DNA of 64,000 nucleotides from assembly GCA_965218795.1 (NCBI GenBank), contig OZ244653.1, positions 2,528,001 to 2,592,000 of the forward strand, read 5' to 3'. The DNA is from a bacterium. Lineage in GTDB: Bacteria; UBA8248; JACPRG01; G963555815. Numbering within the stretch: position 1 is the first letter of the stretch; the number at the start of each line of letters is the position of its first letter. The position numbers and the translations under genes were made by a program. Shown in pieces: positions 60,561 through 64,000 of this stretch. The notes beneath the pieces are model-generated. The model was given only the letters and a program-made list of their open reading frames with translations, searched no databases and was not told where the DNA came from.

Positions 60561-61576
60561 TTAATTGCTGGTCGGCAGGAACTGGTTGGTGTACAGATCC
60601 TTCACCGCCACGGCGCATGGGTTCTTCCCCAGACCGCTCATGATCGCGTTCCGCGTGAACTTCATTTTCTTCTCGGTCATGTAGCCCAGCCCGTACTGGA
60701 TGGTCGTCTCCGTCAGCATGGAATTGTTGGCGGTCTGCCACTTGAGCATTTCCGACCGCTTCTTCGACTGCGGATTGTGCTTGAGAAGGATGTCCACGGC
60801 TTCCCCGGGGTTCTTGGAGGTCCAGGCCAGGCTCTTGAGGGAGGCGTGAATGAACCGACGGACTTGATCCGGGTTGCTCTGGATGCGTGTATCCAGGGTG
60901 TTCAACGCGAGGGAGTAAAGATTCATCCCCCAGTCGGAGAAAACAAGCCGGTGAATCTTTTTCCCGATCTTTTCGGCGCCCTCCACGATGTTGTGATCGA
61001 CGCTGGTGAAGGTGGCGATGGAATCCACCTTTCCCGCGTACATCGACGGGGCCATGGCCGAAGGAGGCATGGCCACCCATTTCACCTTGGCCATATCCAC
61101 TCCGTTCACTTTCGCAAAGAGAGGAAAGACCGTCCGCAGCGAAGACCAGACAGGAGCGCCGACCGTGCGGCCCTCGAGGTCTTTGGGTTTCATGATGCCG
61201 GAACCCGCCAGGGTGTAGACGACATTGAGGTCTTTCGCCAGAAAGACACCGATAGCCCGGATGCCCACGTTTTGCGCGCGCGCCTTGATGATTTCCCCCA
61301 TGTCCGCCAAACCGAATTCAGCCGCCTTGCCCACGACCGCTTTCACGGCTTTGGCCGACCCCGCTCCCTTGATAAAGGTCAGGTCCAGGCCGTTTTCCTT
61401 GTAGAAGCCCTTCTCCTTTCCGGCGAACCAGGCCGATTGCTGTCCGTCTGCCACCCAATTCAGGATGAAGCGGACCCCCTCTCGGCAGAGGCCGTGCCGG
61501 TCCATAGGATGAGTCCCAAAGACAGCATCGCCAGCGTCCCAAGACTCCGATAGGAGAGATTTCGGATCGGGTTCAT
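60561..61576 (-). pseudogene. NMT1/THI5 (SsuA-like) ABC substrate-binding protein, frameshifted just after the signal peptide
   Basis: MNPIRNLS...TGTASAE, a shift in the 5-G run (61475-61479), then VRFILNW...KGFYKENGL...GS, I..PKDL.G. Confidence 0.85.
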
Positions 61577-61624
61577 GTCGTCTATATGGACGCCTCCCGG
61601 TTTGCGAGGGACGATTTGGTGTTT

Positions 61625-61800
61625 CCGGACAACAGGTTGCAGTTCTATATGCGGCCTGTTTGTGCAGGGCTTGTGCCTGCTGGCCCCGATGGAATCTGCC
61701 GACCCGCGCCTCATTCTCCTTGAGGGCTTTTCGCCCCTGACGACATGCAGGCTTGGCGGATCGCGGTCTGACCTGTTGGCCATCACACCTTGTCGTACCT
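61625..61800 (-). ncRNA. Predicted bridge RNA / seekRNA of the IS1111-group element (boundaries approximate)
   Basis: Two stem-closed internal loops whose unpaired segments match the target flanks (CATGTCGTC; TCAAGGAG) and the circle junction (ATTCCAT; CATATAGAA). Confidence 0.8.
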
Positions 61801-61857
61801 TGCGCAACCTTTCAGCGTGCCACCTCCTTGGTTGGTGGTTCCTGTCGCCAACCGCGC

Positions 61858-62671
61858 TTACGCGGCCTGACTGACAAAATTTGGTTGGTACGCCCGGACA
61901 TGGGCCAGCAAGGCCCAGATCGTGCGCGCCGTCTTGTTCGCCAGCGCAACAGCGACGACGTTCGCCGGCCGGCGCTCGGCCAGTCGCGCTCAGCACCCCG
62001 ACACCGGGGATCTCCGCGATCCGCTGGCTGGCCGCATTGTCCCGATGCCACAGCTTGAGCCGCCGCTCGATATCGCCAATCTCCTCGTCGAGCCGGGCCA
62101 CACGCGCCCACTGCTCACGCAAGGTCTCCACGACCATCGCCGGCAATCGTTCCGAGACCCGCTCAAGGGCCACGGCCATACCCCCCCCTCATACCGGCCC
62201 GGCCTTGCAGCATGACTTCGCCGTATTCGGCCAACAGACCGCGCAGGCCGTTGAATCTGGGCGGTGCGGAACTTCACCAGCTGCTGGCGCATGCGATGCA
62301 GCGCCAGGACCGCCTGTTGCTCCTCGCTCTTGAGCGCAACCGTCTTGATGCCGGGCTGCTGCACCGCCGTCCAGAGCGCGCGTGCGTCATGTACATCGCT
62401 CTTGTTGCCGCCCACGAACGGTCCTGACCATCTTTGCCGGCAGAAGCCTGACCGCGTGGCCCAGCTCCTGCAGCCGGCGCGACCAGTGCTGCGAGCCGCC
62501 GCACGCCTCCATGCCAATCAGGCACGGCGCGCGATTGGCGAAGTGCTCCAGGAACTTCGCCCGTGTCAGCCTCAGACCCATGATCTCGCCCGTCTCCATG
62601 TCGACCCAGTACAGTTGAAACACCCTTTTCGCCGTATCCACGCCCACGACCGTTCTGCCAGTCTTCATCAT
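61858..62671 (-). pseudogene. IS110/IS1111 transposase with frameshifts and an internal deletion
   Basis: VGVDTAK, GMEACG, NKSDVHDA, IPGVG and VALANK.AR..WALL. Frameshifts at about 62421, 62251 and 62181; segment between GVLSAT and LAERRP missing at about 61981. Confidence 0.92.
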
Positions 62672-62890
62672 TGGACCCTCCGGTTGGCTTGGGAAGAGTT
62701 TATTCTTCCCCCTTGGGCACTGTGATGCCGTCGGCCCCCGTGGGTCCACTTTAGCCCTCTCGCCGTCCAACATCAGGGAGTGGGAGGCGTCCATTCCATT
62801 CTCCCTAAGAAGAATCCTCATTGTCGCTCCAGCCGCATGTGCGGGAACCTGCATTTCTGATCGTTGCTTCGTCATCAGGCCGGTCGGCCC

Positions 62891-63652
62891 TTACGTCATC
62901 ACGGCGCCGCCGTCGACGACAACGAGCTGACCGGTCATGAAGTCGCTGGCTGAAGAAGCCAGATAGAGCATCGTCCCCTGAACGTCACGGGGGAACTGGT
63001 CCCGCCTGAGACATCGCGTCGTTTGCGACCGCCCGGTCGCGTTTTCCAGAAACGGCTTCTCCATCTCCAGGACTTTCTCGCTCAGCGTAAACCCGGGGGC
63101 CAGGGTGTTCACAGTGATTCCAAAATCGCCCGTCTCCCGGGCCAGTGCGCGGGTCATCCCGTGGACGGCTCCTTTGGACGTCACATACTGAAGAAATCCG
63201 GAAATCCCCCTTTCCGCGGTCGGCGAGCCGATGTTGATAATCTTCCCGCTCCCCTGCTCCTTCATATGGGGGAAGACCGCCCGGCAAAGCAGAAAGATAC
63301 CCTTGACGTTGACGGCCATGACGCGGTCCCACTCATCGGCGGAGATTTCCCAAAACGGCTTGAAGGCGAGGTCCGCCCAGAGGGCCGCGTTGTTGACCAG
63401 GATGTCTACGCCCCCAAAGGCGCCGACGACCTCTTCCACCAGCCGCTGCACGGATCCCTCGTCCGACACGTCGATGTGAAATTCGGTGACTTGGCCGCCT
63501 TCGGCCTGGATCTCCCGCGCCGCAGGGGCGGCATCAATCAAATCCGCCATCGCCACCCGCGCGCCTTCGCCCGCCAGCGTCCTCGCATATTCCTTCCCGA
63601 TCCCGCGTCCCGCGCCCGTGACCAGGATCCGCGTTCCATCCAATTGACCCAT
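62891..63652 (-). CDS. SDR family oxidoreductase
   Basis: TGAGRGIG, NNA, YVTSK, NTLAPG and DGG; clear paralog of 19385-20143. Confidence 0.93.
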   Translation of the reverse strand: MGQLDGTRILVTGAGRGIGKEYARTLAGEGARVAMADLIDAAPAAREIQAEGGQVTEFHIDVSDEGSVQRLVEEVVGAFGGVDILVNNAALWADLAFKPFWEISADEWDRVMAVNVKGIFLLCRAVFPHMKEQGSGKIINIGSPTAERGISGFLQYVTSKGAVHGMTRALARETGDFGITVNTLAPGFTLSEKVLEMEKPFLENATGRSQTTRCLRRDQFPRDVQGTMLYLASSASDFMTGQLVVVDGGAVMT

Positions 63653-63711
63653 TGACGCCCCCAACCCAGTTCAAGCGTACAAGATTCGACGAGAGGGATC
63701 CGGTCTGCCGA

Positions 63712-64000
63712 TCACCGGAAGAAATAGTCGGACTCCGGAACCTCCCGCTCTCGTGTGAGGAGGCGCCTCTGATCCTCAGCGCTCGGCACGGCGATGGTCG
63801 CGAGGTAATCCCGAGTGAAAACATTGACCAGACTTTTCGCATCCCGTCGCACTTCACTGCGCACGGAGGCATATAACTGATTGAAATCCAGGGCCATCAG
63901 CCGTGCGCGGATGACCTGGAACTCGCCGATATGATAGGGAACCTGCCGTGGGGTGTTCTTCCAGGCTGTCAATTCGCCCGTGCTCGGCGACACCATAATC
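63712..64000 (-). CDS. C-terminal part of an unidentified protein (truncated by window edge)
   Basis: Frame is open to the window end and co-oriented upstream of the SDR; no motif recognised. Confidence 0.45.
   Translation of the reverse strand, partial: IMVSPSTGELTAWKNTPRQVPYHIGEFQVIRARLMALDFNQLYASVRSEVRRDAKSLVNVFTRDYLATIAVPSAEDQRRLLTREREVPESDYFFR

Larger units (their letters stand above)
61582..62802 (-). mobile_element. IS110 family, IS1111 group insertion sequence (internally deleted)
   Basis: Perfect 13-bp subterminal IRs ATGGACGCCTCCC (61586-61598) / GGGAGGCGTCCAT (62782-62794); AG core at both ends; DEDD transposase; long 3' non-coding region. Confidence 0.92.

Noticed and set aside
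1-64000. CRISPR array, tRNA, rRNA, integron or reverse transcriptase/DGR
   Set aside because: I found no regularly spaced repeats, cloverleaf or RT motif. The Rieske repeat shows no adenine-specific mismatches, so it is not a TR/VR pair.

Overview
A GC-rich bacterial accessory region with no rRNA, tRNA or CRISPR that I can support. It is dense in aromatic/heterocycle-type catabolic genes: XDH-family Mo enzyme, three VanA-like Rieske oxygenases, UbiD, dienelactone hydrolase, ComD/E-like TPP enzyme, SDRs, cysteine hydrolase, amidohydrolase, DMSO-reductase-family enzyme and two tandem MetE-like zinc proteins. It also carries uptake systems (sugar-type ABC with a TorT-like binding protein, Liv ABC, TctCBA, TonB-dependent receptor, NMT1-type binding protein), a few housekeeping-type genes (yyaL, lemA/TPM, DRG-type GTPase, nagZ) and many gene and IS relics. 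Best-supported highlights: (1) an IS1111-group (IS110 family) element at about 61582-62802 whose 3' non-coding end contains a readable bridge/seek RNA with guides matching both its actual insertion site and its own circle junction, inserted inside the Shine-Dalgarno of the downstream gene; (2) two tandem Rieske oxygenase genes that appear identical over 584 bp and then diverge abruptly in the substrate-pocket half; (3) a solitary ~1480-aa sacsin-type GHKL ATPase-SF2 helicase fusion, a candidate single-gene defence system; (4) a type II R-M pair with a frameshifted MTase and an intact nuclease. Many single-base losses fall in short homopolymers, so some pseudogenes may be sequencing errors. All family calls are from motifs read by eye; no searches were run.
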